Below are positions 29,333 through 38,732 of a DNA stretch of 64,000 nt, in pieces (the stretch's first letter is position 1; each line of letters starts with the position of its first letter). Source of the stretch: an uncultured Acidobacteriota bacterium (GTDB taxonomy: Bacteria; Acidobacteriota; Thermoanaerobaculia; UBA5066; DATFVB01). The translations under genes and the position numbers were made by a program. The stretch lies in NCBI GenBank assembly GCA_963813155.1, contig CAWEYG010000003.1:384001-448000 (forward strand), in the 5' to 3' direction. Below the pieces are notes generated by a model. It searched no databases. It was not told the origin of the DNA and saw nothing but the letters and a program-made list of their open reading frames with translations.

Positions 29333-31765
29333 TCAGTTTTCCTGGACCACGATCTCTTTGTCGCGCGCGGAGACGTCCAGCTCTCCGTCGGTCACCGTGA
29401 CCACGAAGCTTTCGATCTTTTCGTCCCGATCGACGATCAGCGACTCGGAGATTCTGTCCTCGACGTATTTCTGGATCGTCCGGCGGAGCGGGCGCGCGCC
29501 CATGTGGGGATCCTCGCCCGCGCGCGACAACAACCACTCGATCGCTTCGTCGTCGATCGCGACCGACACCTTCTTGTATCGAAGCGTTTCGTTGACGTCG
29601 TCGATGAGAAGCCGGCAGACGCGCCGGAGCTCGTCGTGGGAGAGCGGATGGAAGACGATGACGTCGTCGATGCGGTTGATGAATTCGGGCGAGAAGTCCC
29701 GGCGCAACTCCTTGAGCACCAGGTCCTCGATCTCCCGGTGGGTCTTGCCTTCCTTGACGTCGCCGAAACCCATTCTCGTCTGGCTGACGAGGTGGCGCGT
29801 CCCGATGTTGGACGTCATGATGATCAGGGTGTTCTTGAAGTCGACGACGTTTCCGTACGCGTCGGTCAGAATCCCGTCCTCCAGGATCTGCAGGAGCAGG
29901 TTCGAAATGTCGGGGTGCGCTTTTTCGATCTCGTCGAGCAGAATGACGCTGTACGGATTGCGACGGATCTTCTCCGTGAGCTGGCCCCCCTCTTCGTGGC
30001 CGACATACCCCGGGGGCGATCCGATCAGCTTCGAGACGGCATGCTTTTCCATGAATTCCGACATGTCGAAGCGCACGAGCGATTTCTGGTTCTCGAACAG
30101 GAATTCCGCGAGACGGCGCGCGACCTCGGTCTTTCCGACGCCGGACGGTCCGAGAAAAATGAAGGACCCCATCGGGCGGTTCGGGCTGTTCACGCCGAGC
30201 CGGGAGCGCCGGATCGCCTTCGCGATGGCCGTGACGGCGGGCTCCTGGCCGACGATCCTCTTCCTCAGGGCGTCTTCCATGTGCAGGAGTTTTTCCGCCT
30301 CCTCCATCTGCAGCGAGGAAACGGGGATTCCGGTCCACGAAGAGATGATCTCCTCGATGTCCTGGCGGGTGACTTCCTGGGACGACTCCGGACGCTCGGA
30401 AGACGAGGCCTTGACCCGCTCGATCTCCTCCTTCAGCTCGATCTCCCTCTCGCGGAGAAAAACCGCCTTCTCGAAATCCTTGTCCGAAATCGCCTTCTTC
30501 ATCTCCTTGACGATCTGCTTGATCTCGGTTTCGAGCTTGCGGAGGTTCTGCGTGTCGGCGACCCTCTTGAGCTTGACCTTCGCGCCGGCCTCGTCGAGCA
30601 GGTCCAGGGCCTTGTCCGGGAAAAAACGGTCGGTAATGTAGCGGTTCGACTGGTAGACGGCCGTTCGAATCGCCTCCGAGGAATACCGGACCTTGTGAAA
30701 CTGCTCGTAACGCTCCTTGACGCCCTCGAGGATTTCGAACGTCTCGTTCTCCGAGGGCGGCGCGACGGTGACCGCCTGGAACCGGCGCAGGAGCGAGCGG
30801 TCCTTCTCGATGTACTTGCGGTACTCGCGCATGGTCGTCGCGCCGATGCAGGAGATTTCCCCCCGCGACAGCGCGGGCTTCAAAATGTTCGCCGCGTCGA
30901 GCGATCCTTCCGCGGAGCCCGCTCCGATCAGCGAATGGATCTCGTCGATGAAGATCATGATGTCGCTGTTCTCGCGCAGCTCTTTGAGAATTCCCTTGAG
31001 TCGCTCCTCGAACTGGCCCCGGTATTTCGTCCCGGCCACGATCAGGGAGAGATCGAGCGCGAGGATCTTCTTCGTCGAGAGAAACAGCGGCACCGCGCCC
31101 TCGACGATCCTCGTCGCCAGGCCCTCGACGATCGCCGTCTTTCCCACGCCCGGCTCGCCGAGGAGAATCGGGTTGTTCTTCGTGCGGCGCGAGAGGATCT
31201 GGATGATGCGCTCGACCTCCTTGTCGCGGCCGATCAGCGGGTCGAAGTTGCCGCCGCTCGCCGCGGCCGTGAGGTCCCGGCTGTACTCGGCCAGGAAAGG
31301 AAGCTCCTTCTTCTGCTTGCTCGCCTCGCGATCCTTGATCAGGGAGATCGTCTCCTCGCGAACCCCGTAGAGGTTGAACCCGCGAGCCGTCAGAAGCCTG
31401 CCGGCGACCGACCCGTCGACGCGAAGAATGCCGATCAGCAAATGCTCCGTTCCGACGTACGGGTGAACCATCGACTCCGCCTCGTGGCTCGCATAGGCGA
31501 GGATCTTCTTCGATTCCTCCGAAAGCGGAAGCTCCGCGGTGGACGAGATCCGCTCCACGAAGATCCTGTCCCCCTCGATCTCGCGCCGGATCTCTTCCGG
31601 CTTCACGTTGAAGCGGGAGAAGATCTCCTTGATGATGTCTTCCCCCTCGCGGAGGATGCCGAGCAGGATGTGCTCGGACTCGATCACCTTCGATCCGAGC
31701 TTGGAGGCCTCGTACCGGGCGAAGAAAAGCGCTCGCCTCGCCTTCTCGTTGTATTTTTCAAACAT
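29333..31765 (-). CDS. clpC: ATP-dependent Clp protease ATP-binding subunit, ClpC type
   Basis: ClpN repeats, GEPGVGKT, FIDEIH, middle coiled coil, GPSGVGKT, LLDEIEKAHPD, PEFINRID, GARPLRR. Confidence 0.93.
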   Translation of the reverse strand: MFEKYNEKARRALFFARYEASKLGSKVIESEHILLGILREGEDIIKEIFSRFNVKPEEIRREIEGDRIFVERISSTAELPLSEESKKILAYASHEAESMVHPYVGTEHLLIGILRVDGSVAGRLLTARGFNLYGVREETISLIKDREASKQKKELPFLAEYSRDLTAAASGGNFDPLIGRDKEVERIIQILSRRTKNNPILLGEPGVGKTAIVEGLATRIVEGAVPLFLSTKKILALDLSLIVAGTKYRGQFEERLKGILKELRENSDIMIFIDEIHSLIGAGSAEGSLDAANILKPALSRGEISCIGATTMREYRKYIEKDRSLLRRFQAVTVAPPSENETFEILEGVKERYEQFHKVRYSSEAIRTAVYQSNRYITDRFFPDKALDLLDEAGAKVKLKRVADTQNLRKLETEIKQIVKEMKKAISDKDFEKAVFLREREIELKEEIERVKASSSERPESSQEVTRQDIEEIISSWTGIPVSSLQMEEAEKLLHMEDALRKRIVGQEPAVTAIAKAIRRSRLGVNSPNRPMGSFIFLGPSGVGKTEVARRLAEFLFENQKSLVRFDMSEFMEKHAVSKLIGSPPGYVGHEEGGQLTEKIRRNPYSVILLDEIEKAHPDISNLLLQILEDGILTDAYGNVVDFKNTLIIMTSNIGTRHLVSQTRMGFGDVKEGKTHREIEDLVLKELRRDFSPEFINRIDDVIVFHPLSHDELRRVCRLLIDDVNETLRYKKVSVAIDDEAIEWLLSRAGEDPHMGARPLRRTIQKYVEDRISESLIVDRDEKIESFVVTVTDGELDVSARDKEIVVQEN

Positions 31766-32441
31766 CCAGGCTCCTGACACCCTCTGCTGACATCGTGAAA
31801 ATTTTATCACACCGCGCCGCCAGATCGCGGTCGTGAGTGACGACAACGACCGTTCCGCCGCCCTCCCCGTGGAGCGCTCGAAGGAGATCGAAGACGGCGC
31901 GAGCATTGTCGCTGTCCAGATTTCCGGTCGGCTCGTCCGCAAAAAGGAGACGGGGCTTCGCGATCACCGCGCGGGCGACCGCCGCTCTCTGCAACTCGCC
32001 GCCCGAGAGCTCCGCGGGCCGATGCTCGCCGCGCAGGCCCAGCCCCACGCGGTCGAGCGCTTCCCGCGCGCGACGCATCGCTTCGCCGCGAGGCACTCCC
32101 GCGATTCGAAGAGGCATCGACACGTTCTCGAGCGCGCTGAATTCCGGAAGGAGATGGTGAAACTGGAAGACGAACCCGATGTTCGTGTTTCGCAGGCGCG
32201 CGCGGCTCGCCGCGCCGAGGCGGGACAGGGGGACTCCGGCGATCTCGACTTCGCCCGAATCCGGCTCGTCGATCCCGGCGAGGAGATGGAGCAGCGTCGA
32301 CTTTCCCGAGCCCGACGGGCCGACGACCGCGACGAATTCCGCCTCCTGCAGCTCGAGCGAAAGCCCCGAAAACACCCGCACCGCGGAGGCGCCGGTGCCG
32401 TAGCTCTTCGTCAGTCCGACCGCGCGAACGGCCGCCGTCAT
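31758..32441 (-). CDS. lolD: Lipoprotein-releasing ABC transporter ATPase
   Basis: GPSGSGKST, GFVFQFHHLLPEF, LSGGE, ADEPTGNLD, VVTHD. Confidence 0.9.
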   Translation of the reverse strand: MTAAVRAVGLTKSYGTGASAVRVFSGLSLELQEAEFVAVVGPSGSGKSTLLHLLAGIDEPDSGEVEIAGVPLSRLGAASRARLRNTNIGFVFQFHHLLPEFSALENVSMPLRIAGVPRGEAMRRAREALDRVGLGLRGEHRPAELSGGELQRAAVARAVIAKPRLLFADEPTGNLDSDNARAVFDLLRALHGEGGGTVVVVTHDRDLAARCDKIFTMSAEGVRSLDV

Positions 32442-33603
32442 CGCGAGAGCCTCAGCGATTCGGCCGGCCCGGTTCGCGCCGCGGCCTTCGCCGGAAAGAA
32501 CGAGGCGGCCGCCGCCGTGGCCAGCGAGAACGCGACGACGAGCGCGAGGTCCTTCGCGTGCAGGGCGAAGGGAACGTGCGACAGAAGATAGACGTCCGCG
32601 GGCAGGGGCACGAGCCCGTAGCGGTCGAGGGCCCAGGACAGGCCCGCCCCGGCCCCGACCCCGAGGAGGGTCCCGAGCGACCCGATCGCTCCGCCGAGCC
32701 ACCAGTAGATCCGCGACAGGGACGCACCGGCGGCTCCAAGCGTCGCGAGCACCCCGAGATCGCGCCGCTTTTCGACGACGAGGAGCGCGAGGTCCGACAC
32801 CACGTTGAGCGAAGCGACGACGACGATCAGAAAAGACGGTGACGAAGATCAGCACCTTCTCCATCCGCAGCGCGAACGTGAGCCCGACGTTGAGGTCGCG
32901 CCAGCTCCGCACCGAGGCCGCGCGTCCGAGACGAGCCGCGAGGTCCCGCGCCTCCCCCGGAGCGGCGTCCGCGGAATCGAGACGCACCTCGAACGCCGAC
33001 ACGCCGTTCTCGGTGCCCGCAAGCGCCCTCGCGTCCGCGAGAGACAACCGAACGTCCGGGGCCGGCGATCCCGCGGACTCCCGCGCGACCGAAACCACCT
33101 GGACGTCGATCGCGACCGGGACCGGTCCGAGCGGCGAGATCTGGGTTCGGCTCGAGACGATCCTCGCCCGGGCGCCGGGTCCGAGCGCGAGCTGGCCCGC
33201 GATCGACGCGGAGAGCCTCGCTCCGCCCGCAGCAACCTCTCTCTCCGGAGGCGCGATACCGGACGGGCAGAGCGGACCTGGCGCGCATGTCGGTGATCCA
33301 TCCCCTTCCCTCGACGACCGGGTCGATCGACCGGACTCCGGGTTCCTTCGCGATTGCGTCCGCGACGGCCCCGGCGTCCGGGAAGAATGCCGCGCCCGCC
33401 GGCGTGACGAGGAGGTGGGGCGTGCTCTTCGAGAGCCTCCCGCGAATCTGGTCCTGAAACCCCGTGAGCAGCGCGATCGAGACGACGAGAGCCGCGACGC
33501 CGAGGGCCAGCCCGCCGACCGAGATGGCCGACACGAGAGCCACGTGCGCGCGCTTCCGGGAGGCGGTGAGATAGCGGAGCGCGATGAAGAGCTCGTACGG
33601 CAC
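32438..33603 (-). CDS. Lipoprotein-releasing ABC permease LolC/E, with apparent indels near 33240 and 32830
   Basis: PYELFIALRYL...GVAALVVSIALLTGFQ, SWRDLN...LRMEK, VVEKRRDLGVL...PADVY, spread over three frames. Confidence 0.85.
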
Positions 33604-33659
33604 ACCGGGAGAGTAACGAGAGCCCGCTCCCGGCACAACCGGCCCGGAGGAAGGGTCGC

Positions 33660-34040
33660 TCAGGCCCGGTGCTCGTGCCCCGCGGCCGCGAGCGCCGCGA
33701 GCGCATCGTCGAGGCGGTCCTTCTTCACGAGGACGTAGTCCGTGTCGAACGTCGCGATCGCGAAAACGCTCACGCCCGCCGCTGCAAGCGGCCGGAGGAA
33801 GGAATCCAGGACACCCACCTGCTCGAAAGGGAACGGCCCGCCCAGCTGCAGGAGGGTCCAGCCCCGCTCCGCGCGAACACTCGGAGGAACCGAAGCGTCC
33901 TCGCAGACGACCGAAAGCTCCTCCGCCGTTCGAGTCACCGAGCAAAAGGGGTGGGATCGTGCCCACTCGGGAACCGGCGCCGCGGGATCCAGGCGTGCGA
34001 CAGCGAAATCTCCCGGCGCGACGGAAAACGAGATTTTCAA
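33660..34040 (-). CDS. ACT-domain protein (ACT_7/CASTOR-like); in frame with the upstream OMF gene as assembled
   Basis: SVTRTAEELSVVC, GPFPFEQVGVL, VFAIATFDTDYVLV; possible own TTG start at 34040. Confidence 0.75.
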   Translation of the reverse strand: MKISFSVAPGDFAVARLDPAAPVPEWARSHPFCSVTRTAEELSVVCEDASVPPSVRAERGWTLLQLGGPFPFEQVGVLDSFLRPLAAAGVSVFAIATFDTDYVLVKKDRLDDALAALAAAGHEHRA

Positions 34041-35624
34041 TGCCCGGGAAAGCACCGCGGAGCCGGAAGGCAGGTCCGACGCGCTCCAGCCGCCGCCCAC
34101 CGCCCGGACGAGATCGACGGCGGACGTCATCCGGCGGACTCGGAGCCCGACGGCCGTGCTTTCGTTCGAGAGCGCGGCGCTCTGAGCGGTGATGACTTCC
34201 AGATAGCTCGTGATCCCTCCCTGGTAGCGGGTCTGCGCGAGGGAGAGCGACTTCTCCGCGGCAGCCACCGCGTCGGCTTCCTGCAGGGCCTCTTGCGACA
34301 GGATCCGAAGCGCCGCAAGATCGTCCTCGACCTCCTGAAAAGCCGAGAGGACGGTCTGGCGGTAGCCGGCCACGGCCGCGTCGTATTGCGCCTCCGCCTG
34401 TTCCTTCGCCGCGCGGCGCTTGCCGCCGTCAAAAATCGTCTCGAGGAGGGACGCCCCGAGCGACCAGAAGCGGTTCGGCAGCGTGAACAGCTTCGAGAGG
34501 GTCGAGCTGGCCCATCCGCCCGAGCCGCTCAGCCCGAGGGTCGGATAGTACGCGGCCTGCGCAACGCCGATCCGCGCATTCGCCGCCGCCATCGAGCGCT
34601 CCGCCGAGGCGATGTCCGGTCGGCGCTCGAGAAGCGCCGACGGCAGCTCGACCGGGATCGCGGGAGGCGCCTCGGTCAGGGGGAGGATCGAAACAGAGAT
34701 CTCGGCCGGAGCCTTTCCGACGAGGACGGCGATCGCGTGCTCGAGCCGGGCCCGCGTCAGAGACAGGTCGATCGCCAGGGCGCGGGTCGTCGAAAGCTGC
34801 GTTTGGGCCTGCGCGACGTCGACGCCGGAAACGACGCCCTGGTTGAACCGGTCGGTCGTGAGCTTCAGCGCCTTTTCATAGGCGTCGGCCGTGGTGTCGA
34901 GGAGCTGCCTCTCGGCGTCGACGCCCCGCAGCGTGAAATAGTCGCTCGCGAGCTCCGCCTGAAAGGACAACCGGGCATTTTCGAGATCCGCCTCCGTGGC
35001 CTGAGCGGCGGCGACGTTCGCCTCGACGCTGCGCCGAACCCTTCCCCAGATGTCGATTTCCCAGGAGAGCTGGCCGGACACCTGGTACTCCGTGAAGGTT
35101 CCCGGCGGAGCGAGCGCGTTCGAGTTGCCCGCCGCCCGGGAGCGCGCGGCCGAGCCGCCGCCCGACACGACCGGGAAGAAGTCGGCTCTCGCCCCGCGGG
35201 CCACGGCGCGGGCCGCGCGATAGTTCGCCTCGGACTGGGCGATGTTCTGGTTCGAGATCGAGACCTGCTCTTCGAGCGCGTTCAGGTTCGGGTCGGCGAA
35301 CGCCTCCCACCACTTTCCCCGGAGGGCTCCCTCGCTCGGTTCCGCGGGTTTCCACTCGCCGGCGGTCGCTTCCGGAGGCGGTCCCTTTTCCTTGTAGTCG
35401 GGAGAGATGGGTGCCGAAGGCCTCTTGTAGTTCGGACCGACGGAACAGCCGGCAAGCAAGAGGAGAATGAGGAGGAGGCCAGCCGACCTCTCCCCCTGTG
35501 GGAGAGGTCGAGTGCCGAAGGCACGAGGGTGAGGGGTCGTGACCACACCCTCACCCGCTTCGCTTCGCTCAGCGGCCTCTCCCATCGAGGGAGAGGCGGT
35601 TCCAGGTGCGCCGCGCTTGCTCAT
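34041..35624 (-). CDS. Efflux outer membrane factor lipoprotein (NodT/OprM family)
   Basis: Lipobox LLAGC-SVGPNY, WWEAF.DP.L, SWEIDIWG, LLERRPDIASAER, AVGGGW. ATG 35624 overlaps the mdtC stop, with GAGGAGG upstream. No stop before the ACT region. Confidence 0.9.
35484..35597. repeat. Inverted doublet of a palindromic REP-like unit (CCCTCACCC...CCTCTCCC-N5-GGGAGAGG)
   Basis: Hairpin CGACCTCTCCC/GGGAGAGGTCG at 35484-35510; GTGCC/GGCAC at 35512-35524; GGGTGAGGG (35527-35535) complementary to CCCTCACCC (35548-35556); CCTCTCCC/GGGAGAGG at 35576-35596. Confidence 0.8.
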
Positions 35625-38600
35625 GTCCCCTCCTCGGCCGGCACTGTCGCGCCGACCGGCATCTCCCGGTCCCGACCTCGCTCCCACCACAGCCGGAACC
35701 GGTCGAGGTAGAGGTAAACGACCGGTGTCGTGTAGAGCGTGAGCATCTGAGAAAAAATCAGGCCTCCCACGATCGCGATACCGAGCGGCCGGCGGAGCTC
35801 CGAGCCCGTTCCTCCACCGATCGCGAGTGGCAGCCCTCCCAGAAGCGCCGCCATGGTCGTCATCGTGATCGGACGGAAGCGCAGCAGGCAGGCCTGAAAA
35901 ATCGCGTCTTCCGGCGACTTCCCTTGTTTGCGCTCCGCTTCGATCGCGAAGTCGACCATCAGAATTCCGTTCTTCTTGACGATGCCGATCAGGAGAATGA
36001 CGCCGATCAACGCGATGACGGAGAGATCGTTGTGCGTGAAGATCAGCGCGAGAAGCGCTCCGACGCCCGCCGAGGGCAGCGTCGAAAGGATCGTAATCGG
36101 GTGAATGTAGCTCTCGTAGAGGATCCCGAGCACGATGTACACGGTCACGACGGCGGCGAGAACGAGAATCGGCTCGTTCGCGAGAGACGCCTGGAATGCC
36201 TGCGCGGTCCCCTGGAAACTGCCGCGGATCGTCCCCGGCACGTGAATTTCGGCCTGCGCCTTCTGGATGGCCGTGACCGCATCCCCCAGGGCAACCGAAG
36301 GCGCAAGGTTGAACGAAAGGGTCACCGACGGAAACTGGGCCTGATGATTCACGGCGAGCGGCGCCGTCGACGGCTCGTAGTGCGTGAATGCCGAAAGCGG
36401 AACCATGGATCCGGTGTTCGTTCGCACGAAAATGTACTTCAGGCCGTCCGGGTTCTGCCAGAACTGGGGATCCGCCTCCATCACGACGTGGTACTGGTTG
36501 AGGGCGCGGTACATCGTCGAGACCTGGCGTTGCCCGAATGCGTCGTACAGAGTGTTGTCGATCGCGGCCGGAGTGATTCCCAGGCGCGAGGCGGTGCTTC
36601 GGTCGATGACGAGAGAGGCCTGGAGACCCTTGTTCTGCTGATCGCTGTTGACGTCGGCGAGCTGGTGGATCTTCCTCATGCGCGAGAGCACCTTCGGCGC
36701 CCATTCGAAGAGCTGGTTCGGGTCGTCGCCCTGCAGCGTGTACTGATATTGAGCTGCCCCGACGCGGCCGCCGACTCGCACGTCCTGAATGGGCTGGAGC
36801 ACGAGGGTCGCCCCCGGAACATGAGCGAGTTTCCCGCGGAGACGGGCGATCACCTGATCGGCGGTCACGTTGCGCTGGGAACGATCTTTCAGGGAGATGA
36901 ACATGCGTCCCGTGTTGGCCGTCCCGCCGCCGACGAATCCCGTCGCGCTCTCGACCGCCGGGTCCTTCATCACGGTGTCGACGAACCGCTCGAGCTTCTT
37001 CTGCATCGCCTGGAACGACGTGTCCTGGTCCGCCTGAATCGCGCCGGTCAGGCGCCCGGTGTCCTGTTGCGGAAAGAATCCCTTCGGGATTCTCACGTAA
37101 AGGACGATCGTGGCCGCCATCGTCGCGAGCATGACCGCGATCATCAGGGGCTGGTGACGAAGGACCCATGCGAGCGACCGCTCGTACCCCTTGAGGATCG
37201 CGTTGAACCCCCGTTCGCTCGCTTGAAACACTTTTCCGTGAGACTCCTTCGACTTCGGGCGCAGCAGCAGGGAGCACATCATCGGGGTCGTCGTCAGGGA
37301 AATCACCATCGACACGAAGATCGCCACGGAAAGGGTCACCGCGAACTCGCGGAACAGGCGACCCACGATCCCTCCCATGAGGAGGATCGGGATGAACACG
37401 GCGATGAGCGAGATGCTGATCGACATCACCGTGAAGCCGATCTCCTTCGCCCCAAGAAGCGCGGCCTCCATCGGCTGTTTCCCCTCCTCGAGGTGTCGCG
37501 TGATGTTTTCCAGAACGACGATCGCGTCGTCCACGACGAAGCCCGTCGCGACGGTCAGCGCCATGAGCGAAAGGTTATCGAGGCTATACCCGAGAAGGTA
37601 CATCACGCCAAAGGTCCCGACGAGCGAGATGGGCACGGCCACGCTCGGGATCAGGGTCGATCGCACGTTTCGAAGAAACACGAAAACGACGAGAACGACC
37701 AGGGCGATCGCGATCATGAGCGTGATTTCGACGTCCTTGACCGAGGCGCGAATCGTCCGCGTCGCGTCGATCAAAACGGAGAGCTTGACCGTCGGAGGCA
37801 CCGTCGACTGAAGGCGCGGCAGGATCGCCCGGATGTGATCCACCGTATCGATGATGTTGGCGCCCGGCTGCTTGAACACGATGATGATGATCGCGGGCTT
37901 CCCGTTCGCGAGGCCTCCCGTCCGGATGTCCTCGACCGAGTCGGTCACGTTCGCGATGTCGGCGAGCCGAAGAGCGGCCCCGTTCTGGTAGTGGATGACC
38001 ATGGGGCGATACTCGGCTGCGCTCAGGAGCTGATCCGTCGTCGCGAGCGACCAGGATCTTTGAGCGTTCCCGATCTTTCCCTTCGGCCGGTTCGCGTTCG
38101 CGGAGCCAAGCGCCGCCCGAACGTCCTCGAGGCTCAACCCGTTTCGGTTGAGCTCGGTTGGATTGACATCGACGCGAACCGCGGGGAGGGCGCCTCCCCC
38201 GACGACCACCTGCCCGACCCCCGGCACCTGGGAAAGCATCTGTTGGAGCACCGACGAGGCGACGTCGTACATGTGGGCCCGGTCGACGAGGTCCGACGTC
38301 AGCGACAGCAGCAGGATCGGCGCGTCCGCGGGGTTGACCTTTCGGTACGAAGGGTTGCTCGGAAGGTTCGCGGGAAGCTGGCCGCGAGCCGCGTTGATCG
38401 CGGCCTGCACGTCGCGCGCCGCGGCGTCGATCTGGCGATTCAGCTCGAACTGCAGAGTGATGTTCGTCGAACCGAGCGTGCTCGAGGAGGTCATCTCGGT
38501 GATTCCGGCGATCCGGCCGAACTGCCGTTCGAGCGGTGTCGCCACCGAGGAGGCCATCGTTTCCGGCGAGGCCCCCGGCAGGCCGGAGCTCACGTTGATC

Positions 38601-38731
38601 GTCGGAAATTCGACCTGCGGCAGCGGCGAGACCGGAAGCATCTTGTAGGCGATTCCCCCGGCGAGGGCGATGGCTGCGGTCAGCAGCACGGTCGCGATCG
38701 GCCGGTGGATGAAAGGAGAGGAAAGGCTCAC
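35621..38731 (-). CDS. mdtC: RND efflux transporter subunit, MdtC-like
   Basis: [66 protein letters not shown]. Confidence 0.88.
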   Translation of the reverse strand: MSLSSPFIHRPIATVLLTAAIALAGGIAYKMLPVSPLPQVEFPTINVSSGLPGASPETMASSVATPLERQFGRIAGITEMTSSSTLGSTNITLQFELNRQIDAAARDVQAAINAARGQLPANLPSNPSYRKVNPADAPILLLSLTSDLVDRAHMYDVASSVLQQMLSQVPGVGQVVVGGGALPAVRVDVNPTELNRNGLSLEDVRAALGSANANRPKGKIGNAQRSWSLATTDQLLSAAEYRPMVIHYQNGAALRLADIANVTDSVEDIRTGGLANGKPAIIIIVFKQPGANIIDTVDHIRAILPRLQSTVPPTVKLSVLIDATRTIRASVKDVEITLMIAIALVVLVVFVFLRNVRSTLIPSVAVPISLVGTFGVMYLLGYSLDNLSLMALTVATGFVVDDAIVVLENITRHLEEGKQPMEAALLGAKEIGFTVMSISISLIAVFIPILLMGGIVGRLFREFAVTLSVAIFVSMVISLTTTPMMCSLLLRPKSKESHGKVFQASERGFNAILKGYERSLAWVLRHQPLMIAVMLATMAATIVLYVRIPKGFFPQQDTGRLTGAIQADQDTSFQAMQKKLERFVDTVMKDPAVESATGFVGGGTANTGRMFISLKDRSQRNVTADQVIARLRGKLAHVPGATLVLQPIQDVRVGGRVGAAQYQYTLQGDDPNQLFEWAPKVLSRMRKIHQLADVNSDQQNKGLQASLVIDRSTASRLGITPAAIDNTLYDAFGQRQVSTMYRALNQYHVVMEADPQFWQNPDGLKYIFVRTNTGSMVPLSAFTHYEPSTAPLAVNHQAQFPSVTLSFNLAPSVALGDAVTAIQKAQAEIHVPGTIRGSFQGTAQAFQASLANEPILVLAAVVTVYIVLGILYESYIHPITILSTLPSAGVGALLALIFTHNDLSVIALIGVILLIGIVKKNGILMVDFAIEAERKQGKSPEDAIFQACLLRFRPITMTTMAALLGGLPLAIGGGTGSELRRPLGIAIVGGLIFSQMLTLYTTPVVYLYLDRFRLWWERGRDREMPVGATVPAEEGT

Positions 38732-38732
38732 T

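Noticed and set aside
25069-33603. lpxD and lolC/E (also lysS, the GNAT and the aminotransferase) as pseudogenes or programmed frameshifts
   Set aside because: These include essential genes, the indels are single-base and mostly at short homopolymer or dinucleotide runs, and there is no other decay. Sequencing error is the simplest explanation.
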